64,000 nt of DNA from the human T2T-CHM13v2.0 reference genome, Homo sapiens. Shown here in pieces: positions 31,220-46,428 of this stretch. Position numbers and translations under genes: made by a program. The notes beneath the pieces are model-generated. The model was not told where the DNA came from, did no database searches, and was given only the letters and a program-made list of their open reading frames with translations. The stretch lies in NCBI RefSeq assembly GCF_009914755.1, contig NC_060933.1; one strand, written 5' to 3'. The stretch's first letter is position 1; every line of letters starts with the position of its first letter.

Positions 31220-32254
31220 TGATAAATGAAAATAAAATCCTAGGCCCCCCAAATGACTAAATGGACCCCCTCTTGGCCAACAGGATGCCAGAGTAACCTT
31301 GAAAACTGAGTTCTTGGTCATGATGGGATGGGAGATAGGACACGTCTTATTATACCCATCCCCTCACTAACCACCAACAGGCTTTCTTCCCTGAGGGCTA
31401 AACAGAAACCAGTTCTTTCAAAACATTTTACCTCTGATGTCACCCAGCTTCCTGAGGCTGCTCCCCCTTTTTGCAGTTTCAGCACAACAACTGACCAGCA
31501 TTCCTTCCTGATAAGAGACCACCAACCACAGAGTAGTTCTGACCAGTCTACAGAGGATGAGTAGTGTGGATTTTCATGTCCTCTCTTCACCTTTTGACAT
31601 CAGAGGGCTGAAAACTCCACCCTTGGATCATGCTAACACTGCCATTTTTTGTGCCTGGGTTCCATAGAGAGTCACGAAGCTCTGTGCATGTGCTTGTTTC
31701 TCCTTTCATAAATACTCATGACTCCTCCTCTAGCTTATTTTTATTTTTATTTTTGAGACAGAGTCTTGCTCTGACGCCCAGGCTGGAGCGCAGTGGAGCA
31801 ATCTTGGCTCACTGCAAACTCCGTCTCCTGGGTTCAAGTGATTCTTCTGCCTCAGCCTCCCAAGTAGCTGGGATTATAGGTGCCCACCACCATGCCTGGC
31901 TAATTTTTATAATTTTAGTAGAGATGGGGTTTCACCATGTTGGCCAGGCTGGTCATCTCAAACTCCTGACCTCAGGTGATCCACCCGCCTTGGCCTCCCA
32001 AAGTGTTGGGATTAGAGGCATGAGCCACTGCATCCGGGCCTCCTCTAGCTTATTGAATATGTATATTTGGCCACCCTGTTCATCATAAATTCTTGTTCCC
32101 CTTGCCCTTCCCATGAAGTGTGTTTCTGGCTTCTGGCTGGGGGATACACTTTCCCAGACTGTTAGAAAGGCCACCCTGCAGGCTGCAAGCCTTTATATGT
32201 ATAAAAAAAGCTCTCTTTTTCAAATTTATGAAACTCATGATTCTTCAGTTGACA
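31220..32254 (+). mobile_element. ERV1 solo LTR (MER39-like), split by an Alu
   Basis: AAAATAAAATCCTAGGCCCCCCAAATGACTAAATGGACCCCC start, ends CAGTTGACA, TSD (A/G)ACT. Confidence 0.75.
31735..32040 (-). mobile_element. Alu (AluS)
   Basis: TSD TCCTCTAGCTTATT. Confidence 0.95.
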
Positions 32255-33821
32255 GACTGGATGAGAAGGAACTCTCCAGGTAAGGCATATGGGATTTTGA
32301 AGCTTCCAGATCCAGGGGAAGGAACATGCCTTGAAGCTAGAAAAACCTTGCTTTGTTTAAGATATAGAAAGTAGGGCTGGAACAGAGTGAAGGAGGGAAA
32401 GACTTTCTAGGACAAAGTTAGAGAGGTAAGCTGAAGCCAAATAATCCAGGTCAGTGTCAATCCTTGATGATGGGATAAATACAGAAATTGAAAATAAGCT
32501 TGTAAAGCCTTTTAAATGATTTGACATAGTGGTTTGATAGCTCTTCAATCTAATGAAAAAATTGGACTTATATTTTGATGTCTTATTTCTGGTTTCATTT
32601 TTTCTAGTAATTCATTTTTATTTTATCTTATAAAAGTATCCATCAGAGAGGAATTGAAAATTGAAAAGAAAAAAAAAAAAAGAAAAACAAGCTGGTTCTT
32701 TACCATAGATAGTTTGAGAAGCATTGCTGTGAGATCTTATAAGTTCCAGTAAAGAGTTAGATTTTATTTTTAAGTTCAAAGGGAAGTCATAGAAAGTTTT
32801 AAGTTTTAAGATTCACTTGAATTGATTTATCCTTTAAAAAGACCACTATGGGGCTAGTTTGGCTAGCACACATGTCAAAAAGTGGACTCCTTTGGCAGAT
32901 GAGGATATATTTCCTAGGCATTTTATTGACACATGAAAAGGAAAAGAGTAATAGAAAAAAAAGAATTAACGAGAACTGAAAGATTGCATCTTAGAAATTG
33001 TAAGAACTGATACCTCACCTGTTCCTACAGTCCAGTAAAAATTCTGTAAGCCTTTTTCTTTTTGAGCCATTTGGGGCTGGGATGGGGAGAAATGGAAACA
33101 CATGTTAGATAAACAAATTACTTTTTGAAAGAGCTATGGCATTTGCTGGATGGAGAGTAGATTGAAGGTCTTCAAGGCAGGTATGGGGAGAGCTGTTAGG
33201 AAGACCATTACAAGGTCTGCTGTAGCTGGTACTAGGGTTGTGGCTATGAAAAAATGGGTAGTGGATGGATTCTAGATATATTTTGTTCATGGACTCACAG
33301 AACTTGTTAATATAGATTGGATATGGTAGAGTGAGGGAGAAGTAGACGTCAAGGAAAATTCTTGGGTGTCTGACTAAATAACTGAGTCTATGGTGATGCA
33401 CCATTTACTGGTATAGGGAAGAGTTAGAGAGTAACAGATTTGGAGGGGAGGGGGTATGAGGAATAGTGTGGGCAAAGGGCAAAATCAAACAATGTATTTT
33501 CTACATCTTGAGTTTAAGGGTGTGAAATACACAAGTAGAGATGTCAAGTAGGCAGTTAGGTATATAACCTATATATACGTTGAGCTGTTAGGTGTGGTCT
33601 GGCCTCAAGATAGACATTGGCGGGGGTGATCAGTGTATGGGTGGCATAGATGGTGTTTAATGATATGAGAAGAGAATAGTTATTATGGGGCTTGAGGACT
33701 CCCAGTCTTTACAACAGATGTCAAGAAGGGCCAGCAAAGGGAATGTGGGTGGAGTAAACTGACAAAGAGGAGGGAGCAGGAACAGTGTAGAACCACTGAA
33801 ACCAAGAGAGGAAAATGTTTA

Positions 33822-34259
<438 letters not shown>

Positions 34260-34839
34260 CTAATTATTCTTCTGGTAAAGATGAAACACTTTCCCTGTGA
34301 GAATGATCTATGTGGAGATAGTAGTCTTTAGTTTTGTGACAGCCTCTTCCTTAGTGACTGAAGCCCTTCTCCAGCCTAATAGTACAACCATGCCCATAAC
34401 TATCCCAATATTTAATCCCAATAATCCCAGTGATCTCTTACCTAATCATGGTGAATAAATGCTACTACGCTCAAGGTTCCTACCAGGCTTACTTTCCTTC
34501 TGCTTTCCAACACTGTACTTTGTGCACTGACTTTCCTATGCCCCCAAACCAATAGATGCCACACCTTATTATATCCAATTCCTGTATATCTCCATTTGTA
34601 TGGCATGTTGGACTTTTTGCCTTAACACAAGTCTGCAGGATCTGTAAGCCATTCTTCAGTAATTATTATTCATCTCCAAAATTCTGCCGCATGGGTCTCT
34701 TGAACCTCAAAGCCATTCCATACCTGGGAAGGAATGGTTAATATATCACATACTAAAGGATTTTACATACATAGATTGTAAAAGAAGGCATGAAAACAAG
34801 AAGTGAATTTTATTTGGACTGTAAATTATATACCGTCCA

Positions 34840-35160
34840 AAGGACACTTGGACATCATGTAAACAACCTGTCCCTGACCGATAGTTGTGGGAATCCTTCT
34901 GTAACATCTCCACAAAATAGTTATCCAGACCCTGCTGCTACCTACCCCTCCAGGGAATGGAAAAATGCTACTTCCTGAGGCACCTCATTACATTTTTAAT
35001 TAGCTCTAAGAGAAAGAGAATGTGTAGTTTTATTGTACCAAGACTTTCATACACTCCTCCAAGATTTTTTTTGTTACTTTGGAATTAAATCTGCCTTTTC
35101 GAGATGACAGCCCTTTAGATATTTGAAGACAATTTTGAAAGTCAGCCTACATCTTCTGTC
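34840..35160 (-). mobile_element. L3/CR1 3' region relic
   Basis: ATCCAGACCCTG...CTCCAGGGAATGG...CTACTTCCTGAGGCA motif. Confidence 0.5.
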
Positions 35161-35752
35161 CTTCATTTCAAAAACTGTGACCAGAAGATAATCTGGGTTA
35201 CACCTCATCTCTCAAGGCTGGACACGCCGCCTCTCTCAGGTACTTGGATCACCAGTCATTTAACTTTATCCTATGGAAGTAGAGAGTGCTGGGTAGGGGC
35301 TGGGAAGAGAAGAAAGGGTTTAACTTAATATTTGAGAAAGCTCTTTCCCACCCTTTGCCTGATAGCTGTTGCTAGCGACAACTGGTATTGGGAATGCTTC
35401 ATAACGGACTTCTTGAGCAATAGAGAGACAAGTTATTATTTAAAAAATGTTTCAACAAAGCTAGAATAGCAAAACTAGAATTCATATACCTCTGAAAAGC
35501 TATCATTAGCACTTATGGTGGTTATAATTATTGAAGAAACCAGGGAAAACATTCCTTGAAGAAATATAGAGTTAATAAAGATGACAAAAGTTCTATCAGG
35601 ATATCAAAATATATACCTACTTTATGCTCCTATGCTGATTTTAGGAAACAAAAGCTTTATCTTTTGTTCTATGTTCTATTCAGTAATATCTCCAATGATT
35701 GTACTAGCTCACAGAGTACGGTGGTTAGTTACTATGTAAAACACTTACATAA

Positions 35753-36260
35753 GTGGTGGATTTAAGATGGCCACACATTTTTTACCCCGCTACCCAATTA
35801 CAGGTAGAGTTTAATTCTCCTACCTGGCTTTTGCGACACGCATCACTAGTAGAATGCAGTGGAAGTGACACTCTGGGACTGAAGGCTTTGTTAAAAGAAG
35901 ACTTCCAGCTTCTACTGAGGTCTCTTGGAACTCAGTTGCCAGACTTTCGGGGAACTTTAGCAGCCCTGTGGGAAGGTGCACTGGAGAGGAGCCAAGGGCT
36001 CTGACTGCCAGGCCTGGGTGATCTCCCAGCTGACAGCCAGCATCAATTGGCCGGTCATGGGAGTCAGCGTTCTTGGAAGTGGATCCCCAGCCTCAAAGAA
36101 ATCAACTTAGTTGGTGCTTTGTGGAGCGGAAATGAATGCTCAGCCAAACCCTTACCAGATCCCTGACCCACAAAACCATAAGCAAAATAAAATTGCTGTT
36201 TTAAGCCACTAAGTTTTAGGGCTATTTGTAATGTAGTAACAAGTAAGCAGATGACATGCA
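35753..36260 (+). mobile_element. MLT1 solo LTR
   Basis: TGCTGTTTTAAGCCACTAAGTTTTAGGG 3' motif. Confidence 0.75.
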
Positions 36261-36689
36261 TTAACTTATTTAATTCTCACAATAACCCTATTAGAAAGAC
36301 AGTATTATATATGCCATTTCACTGGTGATGAAACTGTTCAAAAGTTGTTAAGAAATTTGCCTAAAATCCTATAAGAAGATGTGAATTGAATGAAGGTCTG
36401 CCTGACTCTAGAGCCCCAATTTGAACTTTTGAGCTAAATTGTTAATGTAATTCTACTGTTTGGATGTCAGTTAAATGAGAAAGTAAATTTGTTTTAATTG
36501 AGCATATTGAATCTTTAGTTTTTCAGATGCCAAGATGCTTCTTTCACATCTTAGGATCATGGTGGTTTGTAAACAGATAAGAAAGTTTGGAGTTGCCCAG
36601 AAAGAAAGCATAGTCATGCTTCACCAATCCAGTGCTCACTTATCCATGTCAGCTCTTTAAGTCATGTCTGAGATCCCTGAGGTAAGCAC

Positions 36690-37165
36690 AAAGAGGTCTG
36701 AGTGGAGAGAAATAAACAGAAATCACAACTTGCAAAACTGTTCTATAACTTGCAAAACAGACAAACTGTACCAAACCAGGACATGCAGGAAAAACTATCC
36801 AAACTAAGACCCTTTTAACATCAGCTCATCCAGGGCCCTATGTTCAAAATAAGACCACAGATTTGATTTTATAGTAACTGCACAAGGACTTGTGTCTTTT
36901 AAAGATAAGACCACTGATTGTTCCAAAAACTTATCAAGTTGACAGATTCTGACTAATCACTGCTCAGACCCTCCCCATCATCTTCTGCCCTAAATCCATG
37001 CTATGACAAACCCCAGTTCCCCAAACCCTGTAAGTATCCTCCCCTAATTACCCTAGTTTGAGATGTGCCACAGTTCTCATGGTGTGTGCTCTTCTTGCTG
37101 CAGGAAGCAAGTAAACCTAACCTCTTTTTGACCCCAGGTGTGTCTTGGTGATCCTTGGTGGGTAA
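36690..37165 (+). mobile_element. Old ERV LTR remnant (family uncertain)
   Basis: AGTAAACCTAAC...CAGGTGTGTCTTGGTG 3' LTR-like end. Confidence 0.4.
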
Positions 37166-37200
37166 GCTTTTATTAGCTTTTATTAATTTTTTTTTCCTAA

Positions 37201-37538
<338 letters not shown>

Positions 37539-37606
37539 TAGCAGAAAAAAGAAAAGCCTACCTTAGATGACAGAAAATTAAAAATGAGACATTATGCCTT
37601 GAAGAA

Positions 37607-38016
37607 TGTGCTCATTTGCTAGGGCTGCCATGGCAAAATATCATAGACTGGGTGGCTTAAACAACAGGAATCTATGTTCTCACAGTTCTGGAGGCTGGAA
37701 GTTCACGGTCTGTCGGGGGTTGGCTGCTCCTGAGGGCTCTCTCCTGGGCTTGCAATAGTTGCCCTCTCATGGCGTCCTCATATGGTCCTTCCTCTGTGCT
37801 TGTGCATCCCTGGTGTCTTCGTGTGTGTTCCAATTTTTTTTTTTCTTTTAAGACCACCAATCAGGTTGGATTAGGGCTCATGATAATGACCTCATTTTAA
37901 TGTAATCATCTCCACAAGGCCTTATCTCCAAATACAGTCACATTCTGAGGTACTCGGGGTTAGGGCTTCAACTTGTGAATTTGGGGGTGGGAAGGAGGCA
38001 CAATTCAGCCAGTACA
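37607..38016 (-). mobile_element. MLT1 solo LTR
   Basis: GACTGGGTGGCTTAAACAACAG...CAATTCAGCC motifs. Confidence 0.85.
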
Positions 38017-38554
38017 AGAACACATGGGGCTAATTGGGTGGGCATATGGGCAGGCATATGGGCCTGGGTTTGAGGATACTGAAGGGGTAGACTTACTTCG
38101 TGGATCTCTACTTCACATTGGTGAAGCCTTCTGCAGCTGTAGGATTGTGAACAACATATCAGGGTCGTGATAGAGACAGATTCCCTGAGCTGCCTCTATG
38201 AATGGATCATCTTGGATGTTTTTCCCACTGTGACACATGTACTAGCCAAGGTTCACCAGTACAACACACCACGGGCGGTTCCTGTCCCCCTCGGGCTAGC
38301 TCTAATTGTACCTTTGACTCTTGTTCTTCTCAGGTTCCTTTTCCCTAGGAGAGAGCATGCTTGTTCGTGGATTTAGATACCACTAGATGACTCCCAAATT
38401 TATCTTTCCATCCCGGGCCATTCTGTCCTTTTGACTCCAGAGCTGTGTCTCCCACTGCCTCCCAGCCTTTTCCACTTGAACATTCCCAAGGCATTCTAAA
38501 CCCAATGTGTGCAAAACCCAGCCCAGGGTCTTCCCTCATTCCCACACTCAGACT

Positions 38555-39063
38555 TGTTAGGAATAACATTCAAAATCCTAAGGAAATTGAACACTCGAAC
38601 AAAGGAGTCTTAGCAAAGCAATTTTACTTCTGCGCAGAGGGGTGCCTCCTTGGCCAGTCGCCATGAGAGCACACCTGAACAAAGGGGCACGAGAGCCTTT
38701 ATTCCTGACACAAGTCCTGCCCCTGTACCCTTTCCCCATTGGCTGGGGTTGGGTCGTACAATCTAAATGAATCCCGGTTGGCTAAACATTTGATTTTTTT
38801 AGATAAGGTGGGCATGTAAAAGAAAGCAGAGAAGAAAGGGGAAGGGGTGTCTGTAATGAGCTAGAAAGTTAGTCCTCTTTCCGAATAAGGAGAGGAACGT
38901 GAGCTGGTATTGGTAATGCCTGGTACTGTGGCGTGCCTGTGTATCTAACAAAGGCAAAAAGAAAAAAAAAGAGAAAAAGGGAAAAAGGCAGGGGGGGGTA
39001 CTATGAATTAAAGAATAAAAGATTGATCGGGTTATCTGAAGAGAAACCTCATCATATCCTACA
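38555..39063 (-). mobile_element. Solo LTR, LTR10 family (HERV-I/IP10), inserted in L2
   Basis: 509 bp TG...CA, 4-bp TSD GACT; minus-strand start TGTAGGATATGATGAGGTTTCTCTTC. Confidence 0.75.
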
Positions 39064-39874
39064 GACTTACTCAGCATTTTCTATCTTAGTGACAATACTG
39101 TCTGTCCTTTTATCTAGGTCAGAAATCTAGAATAATCCTTAATTTCTCCCTCACCTTAACCCCTCACTTTCAACCCATTATTTATTCTATTGACCACCTC
39201 ACTGGAACCTGTCCACCCCTCCTTAGCAGCCTGGACCACACTAGGTCATCTCTCCCCTGCCTTCCAACTGATCACTCCACATCCCTGTATCCATTTTTTG
39301 GCCATCCAACCAGCTCTGTACGCTTGAATCTCATCCGCATGGATGAATTCTCATTTGTTTTCCAGGGTAATAACAAAACATTTTTAAAAGCCCTGCATGT
39401 TTCATCCTTCCTCCTTCCCCTCCAGTCCTTTTCACATGGCTCTCCCTCTGGCTATCCCTGCCCCAGCTACCTGACCTTATTTTATCCCATTCTGCATGCT
39501 GTGCTTCCTGCTTCCAAAGGTAATTCCTACGAGTTCACTCTGCTTGGAACACTCCCTTTCTTTGCTTGTGAATGTCCGCTTGTCCTTCAGATCTAAAGAT
39601 TTAAGGTAAATCATCACTACCCACACATAGTCTCTCTCATACAGATTGTAAATGCACTCTCAATCTACTTTTTTCTTGCGAAGAAAGAAAAAATGATATA
39701 GTCGTAAGGGTCGTGGGCTCATTAATACAAACTTCTTGGCTTCAAGCTCCAGCGCTCCCACACTAGTTCTACCAATCTTGTGTAAAATTTTAAAACACTC
39801 TGTGCTTCAAAGTTCTCAGTGATAAAATAAGAATAATGATGACAATAACAGTACTGACTTTATCAGATGATCAG

Positions 39875-40077
39875 TGTATTAGGCCGTTCTTGCACTGCTA
39901 TAAAATACTCGAGGTGGGGTAATTTATAAAGAAAAAGGTTTAATTAGCTTATGGTTCTGCAGACTGCACAGGAAGCATGGAACAGCATCTGCTTGGATTC
40001 TGGGGAGGCCTCAAGGAGCTTTTACTCATGGCAGAAGGTGGAGCCATCTCACATGGCAGAGCAGAAGCAAGAGGGGG
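39875..40077 (-). mobile_element. Truncated MST LTR
   Basis: TGTATTAGGCCGTTCTTGCACTGCTATAA...; stops halfway. Confidence 0.85.
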
Positions 40078-40078
40078 C

Positions 40079-40192
40079 CTGGAAAACATATCGGGAGAAT
40101 AATCAAGGAAAACTTCCTCAGCCTTGTGACAAATCTAGACAGCCAAATACAAGAAGCACAAAGAACACCTGAGAAATTCATCACAAAAAGAC
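40079..40192 (+). mobile_element. Isolated L1 ORF1 fragment (L1PB-like)
   Basis: IIKENFLSLVTNLDSQIQEAQRTPEKFITKR matches L1 ORF1p IIxENFPxLARxxDIQIQEAQRTP. Confidence 0.8.
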
Positions 40193-41027
40193 CATCCTTA
40201 TACCTGTCTCCTTGGGCAAGTATTTTTCTAGGGTTGGGGCCTGAAAACGGAATTATTAGATAGAAAAGTATGTGTAGTCTCTACTTCACTAGGGTTTGTA
40301 GTTATAGCAATTTATACTCCTAGTAATATATGAGCTGCCCTTTCCTTACATAACCTCCAAAACTTGACATTATTAGATTTAGTCATCTTGATGGATATAA
40401 AATAATATTTATTATTGTTCTAATTTGGATTTTTTTTCTGATTATTATCAAGGTTAAATTATTTAGTTATCCTCTTTTGTTAATTGCCTATTTATCTCTT
40501 TTGCTCATTTTTCTACTGGGTTATTTGTTTTCTGCTTATTAAATTTTAGGAGTTCTTTATATACTAGGGAAGAGAATCCTTTGTTCATTATATGTGTATA
40601 TTACAAATATCTTCTCTCAGTCTGTGACTTATCCTTAATTTTGTTTAGACTATTTCCTTAATACCAAATTAAAAAAAGTACTAATTTTATTTTCCTTTTG
40701 TGTTTCTGAAAATGTACATGAATTTGAAAATAATGGCCTTCTTTTTTATCCTGTCATGAATACAGTGTATCTCTCCATTTATGGAGATTTTTTTTGTTTA
40801 GGGATTATTTCATGTCCTCCATTATAGTATTTTGATTTTATTAATGTCTTGCATATCTTTTTTGTTGTTGTTAGATTTATTCCTAGGAATCTTATGGTTG
40901 CTATTGTAAATTCTTTTAATTGACATTTTCCAGTTGTTTATTGCTGTTGTATCGGAATGTTAATTTTTCATTTATTGATCATATATAGAGCAATCTTGGT
41001 GATTTATTGTCATAAAATTGTTTATAG

Positions 41028-41422
<395 letters not shown>

Positions 41423-41818
41423 TCAATATTGTCAGAAATTTGTCTATTTTAGTAGTATTTTCAAAGATTGACTCTTTGAATTCTTTGATCCTCTCTATAA
41501 TTTGTTTGTTGTTTACTCATTGACTCTGGCTCTTATTTTTACTATTTCCTTCCCAGCTCCGGAGTTTAGACTGTTGTTTTTAATTAAAATTCTGTATTAG
41601 TACATTTATTCATTAATATTTTTTCTTCTCTTTGCACGTGAACATTTTAGGTTATGGCTTTTCTTCTAAGCAAAATTGGGTTTAGCTCATTCCTTCACAT
41701 TTTGGCTTTTCATCATTATTAAGCTCTAAATATTTTAAAATTTTCATGATTTTTTTCTTTTGACCTATTAAGTATAGATTTAAAATAATTCCAAATATAT
41801 TGTTTATTTATTGGACTA

Positions 41819-42597
41819 TAGTGATAGGCAGACCCTCCCCCACTACCAAAATATGTCCACACTCTAATCCCAGGAACCTGTAAATCTGTTACTTTACATA
41901 TTATTATTTTTAATTTTTAAAATTATTTTTTAAGGCTAGTCAAGTGAAGCAGTGGGAGTGGAGAAGAAACAAATAAATTTATAACTGGTTGTGATCAATT
42001 AGCTGTAAACACCAGTGCACTCAGGCCAATATGTTACTCTACATGGCAAAAGTGAGTTGCAGATATGAAGATGATGGATCTTAAAATAGGGAAATTATCC
42101 TGTATTATCTGGGTGGGGAAAACCTACTTAAATATATCCTTAAATGCAGATAATTTTCTCTGGCTGGAAACAGAGAAATGTGGCAGAAGCCAGAGAGATT
42201 GGAAGTATGAGAAGGACTCATCACTGCTGCTGGATTGCAGGAGGTGGGGCACATGGAAAGCATGAGAGGGAGTACAGGCAGCTTCTAGGAGCAAAGACTG
42301 GCTGGGGCTGACAGCCAGTAAGGAAGCCGGGACTTGGGTCCTATACCTGCAAGGAACTGAATTAGACCAACAGTCTGAGTTTGGAAACATCCCCAGGGCC
42401 TCTGGAAAGGAACACAGCCCAGCTGAACACCTTGATTATAACCCTGTGAACCAGATGATTCATGCTGATTCATGAACCAGCTGATTCATGCTGCACCCAG
42501 ATATCTGACTTACAGAACTATGAAATAATAAATGGGTGTTGTTTTAAGCCACTAAATTAGTGGCAATTTGTTATAGCAGCAATAGAAACCTAATACA
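41819..42597 (+). mobile_element. MLT1D-like solo LTR
   Basis: ATGTCCACACTCTAATCCCAGGAACCTG start; ends GCAATAGAAACCTAATACA. Confidence 0.85.
41900..42028 (-). pseudogene. Y3 RNA (RNY3/HY3) retropseudogene with decayed poly(A) tail
   Basis: 41932-42028 is the reverse complement of hY3 (GAGTGCACTGGTGTTTACAGCTAATTGATCACAACCAGTT...CTTCACTTGACTAGCCTT); 17-bp TSD with 15/17 identity. Confidence 0.93.
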
Positions 42598-43706
42598 ATC
42601 GTATTTTTGCTTATTGAATTCTACATTTTTCTATAGTAGCCAGAGAGTCTGGTATGCGTGACATTAATTCTTAGTGTTTGCTGAGAATTACCTAGTATAT
42701 GGTAAATTTTGGTAAACATACTGTACGTGTTTGAAAATGATGTGTGCTTACTAATTGTTCGTTACAGGTTTTTCTCTATATAATTACTATATAAAGATTA
42801 ATAGTTTTGCTCTGCTCAAACTGTCAATTACTCATAGACCTATGTTGATATTTCCTATTGTGACTGTGAATTTATCATATTCATTTTGTAATTCTCTGAA
42901 TTTTTGCTTTATATCTTTTTAGGTGATGCTGTTAAGTATGTATAAGCTAAAAATTATTATATCATTGTGGTGAATTCATTTTCATTATTATATAATGACC
43001 CTCTTTATCCCTAAAAGGATTTTTTTTAAATCCTAAAGTCTATTCTGTCTGCTATTAATATTAACATGGTTACATTAGCTTTCTTTTGGTTAATATAACA
43101 TTTGCCATATTTTCCTACAAATTTTCTGTGCTGTTGGGTTTCGTGTGAATCTCTTAAAGAGAGCATATATGTGTATTTTATTTTTCTAAACCTTTTCTTA
43201 GAAAAATTCTTTTTTAGAATATTTGTCTCTTAATTGGTGAGTTTATTCTAATCACTTTAGGTTATTGATCTATTTGAAGTTATTTCTACCATCTCATTTT
43301 GTGCATTTTATATACTACATGTTCTTTGCATCTTTTTTCTTTTTAAAATTTGATTGGATTGATCAAATTCTTTCTCATTTTTCGACTCTAATAGTTTGGA
43401 AGTTATATATTCTATTTCACTTGTTCTTACATTCACTCTTAAATTTATGCATACTTAGTTGCTTTAATGGAATCTAAGTTTGCCTGTATCTTTAACTCCC
43501 TTCCAAATAATCTTTGGATTGTTTATCTCTGTTTTCCTCCTTTATTATATGTTATTGTTATTTATTGTCTAGTATTTTAGTTCCTCTGTTTCTATATTCT
43601 CAAGTTAATCATTTTTATTTACCTATTTTGAAGATAAAATGGTATTTCAAATGACTGGCCCAGGGATCTTCTTGATTGCTGAGCAGTGAGCAAGCTGAAA
43701 CCAAGA

Positions 43707-44743
<1,037 letters not shown>

Positions 44744-44853
44744 CTCAGTATTTATTTTATCACATATTATCAATGTGCTTACCAATGTTTCTTACATACA
44801 ATTTAACTTATGAGATTCAATTTCCTTCTTACTGAAGTTCCTCATTCAGTATT

Positions 44854-45269
44854 TGTATTAGTCAGTTCTCTCATTGCTATAAAGAAATACCTGAGACTGG
44901 GTAATTTACAAAAAAGCAAGTTTTAATTTGGCTCATGGTCCTGCAGGCTGTGCAGGAAGCATAGCTGCGTCTGCTTCTGGGGAGGTGTCAGGAAGCTCAC
45001 AATCATGCGGAAGGCAAAGGGGGAGCAGGCACATCACACGGCAAAAGCAGGACTGAGACAGAGAGCAGGGAGGTGCCACACAGTTTTAAACCACCAGTCT
45101 CATGAGAACTCACTCACTATCATGAGGACAGTACCAAGGGGATGGTATGAACTCATTCATGAGAAATCTGCCACCATGATCCAATCACCTCCTACCAGGC
45201 CCCACCTCCAACAATGGGGATTATGATTCAACATGAGCTTTGGTGGGGACACAGATCCAAACCAGATCA
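44854..45269 (-). mobile_element. MST solo LTR
   Basis: TG...CA, TSD GTA(T/G)T. Confidence 0.88.
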
Positions 45270-45769
45270 GTAGTTATATCTAAAAGTTTTGTGTGACATC
45301 TACAAATATCCTTATTTTGTCCTTTTATGTGAGTGATAATTTGTCTGGATATGGGATTTCAGGTTCTAAATCCTTTCCTCTTAGAACTCTGTATATATAC
45401 TCTTTTGTTTCCTAGCATCTTAGGTTGTAGATGTATGATCATTATTGCCCTGTACATAACTTTTTTTTCTTTATGGAATTTTTCACTTTTCCTCTTCAGC
45501 TTTAAATCAATTCTCGATTTTTACTAGCCTTATTTTTAGCAGCAATGTCTGTAAAATAATGGAATTGATATAATAATTGTATGTATTACACCCAGACAAA
45601 TATGTAATGGTTAAAATGAATACTCATCCATGTACTAAGTAAAATCATCATGCAGGAGCAGTGGAAGCAGATAGTTCAGTCATCTGTGTCTCCAGTTGTC
45701 CACTCAGGGATGCTTCTGAACATCTTGGCTTTACTGCTCTTTCTAAAATTTCCTCGTCTTTCTGCAGAC

Positions 45770-45999
45770 TGCATTGTGCTACAGCTCATAGACTTGAAAT
45801 AATAAGAATCCCTCTTGAGGGGTGCCAGTGTGATAACGAGGTATTGGGACTCCCTTTCATTCACTTTTTATGAATTGTCCTGTGCATTGTGCTACAGCTC
45901 ATAGACTTGAAATAATAAGGATCCCTCTTGAGGGGTGCCAGTGTGATAACGAGGTATTGGGACTCCCTTTCATTCACTTTTTATGAATTGTCCTGTGCA
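45770..45999. repeat. 113-bp tandem duplication
   Basis: 45770-45882 vs 45883-45995, one mismatch, TGCA microhomology. Confidence 0.97.
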
Positions 46000-46041
46000 G
46001 CCTCTCTAAGATTATTCCACCAGGCTCTGCAGGTGAATATG

Positions 46042-46428
46042 TGTATTAGTTTGCTGCCATAACAAATTACCACAGAGTGGGTGGCTTAAACAACAGAAAT
46101 TTATTTTCTGACAGTTCTGCAAGTTGGAAGTCCAAGATCAAGGTGTCAGCAGAGTTGTTTTACAGTGAAGCTTCTTTCCTTGACCTGCAGGTGGCGGCCT
46201 TCTTGCTGTGCCCTGTCGTGCTTGTCCCTCAGTCTGTGTGTTGCCGGCTTCCTAGTCTCCTTTTCTTATTATGAAACAGTTATATTGGATTAGGGCCTTC
46301 CCATATGACCTCAGTTTACCTTACTTACCTTTTTAAAGACCCTACCTCCAAATACAGTCATATTCCGAGGTACTGGGGGTTAGGACTTCAACACATGCAT
46401 TTTTGGGGATACAACTTAGCCCATAACA
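46042..46428 (-). mobile_element. MLT1 solo LTR
   Basis: TGTATTAGTTTGCTGCCATAAC...GCCCATAACA. Confidence 0.85.

Noticed and set aside
32450-32730. Processed pseudogene suggested by the A-tract at ~32665
   Set aside because: No TSD or coding similarity; it ends in AGTTTGAGAAGCATTG, more like a hAT transposon end inside L2
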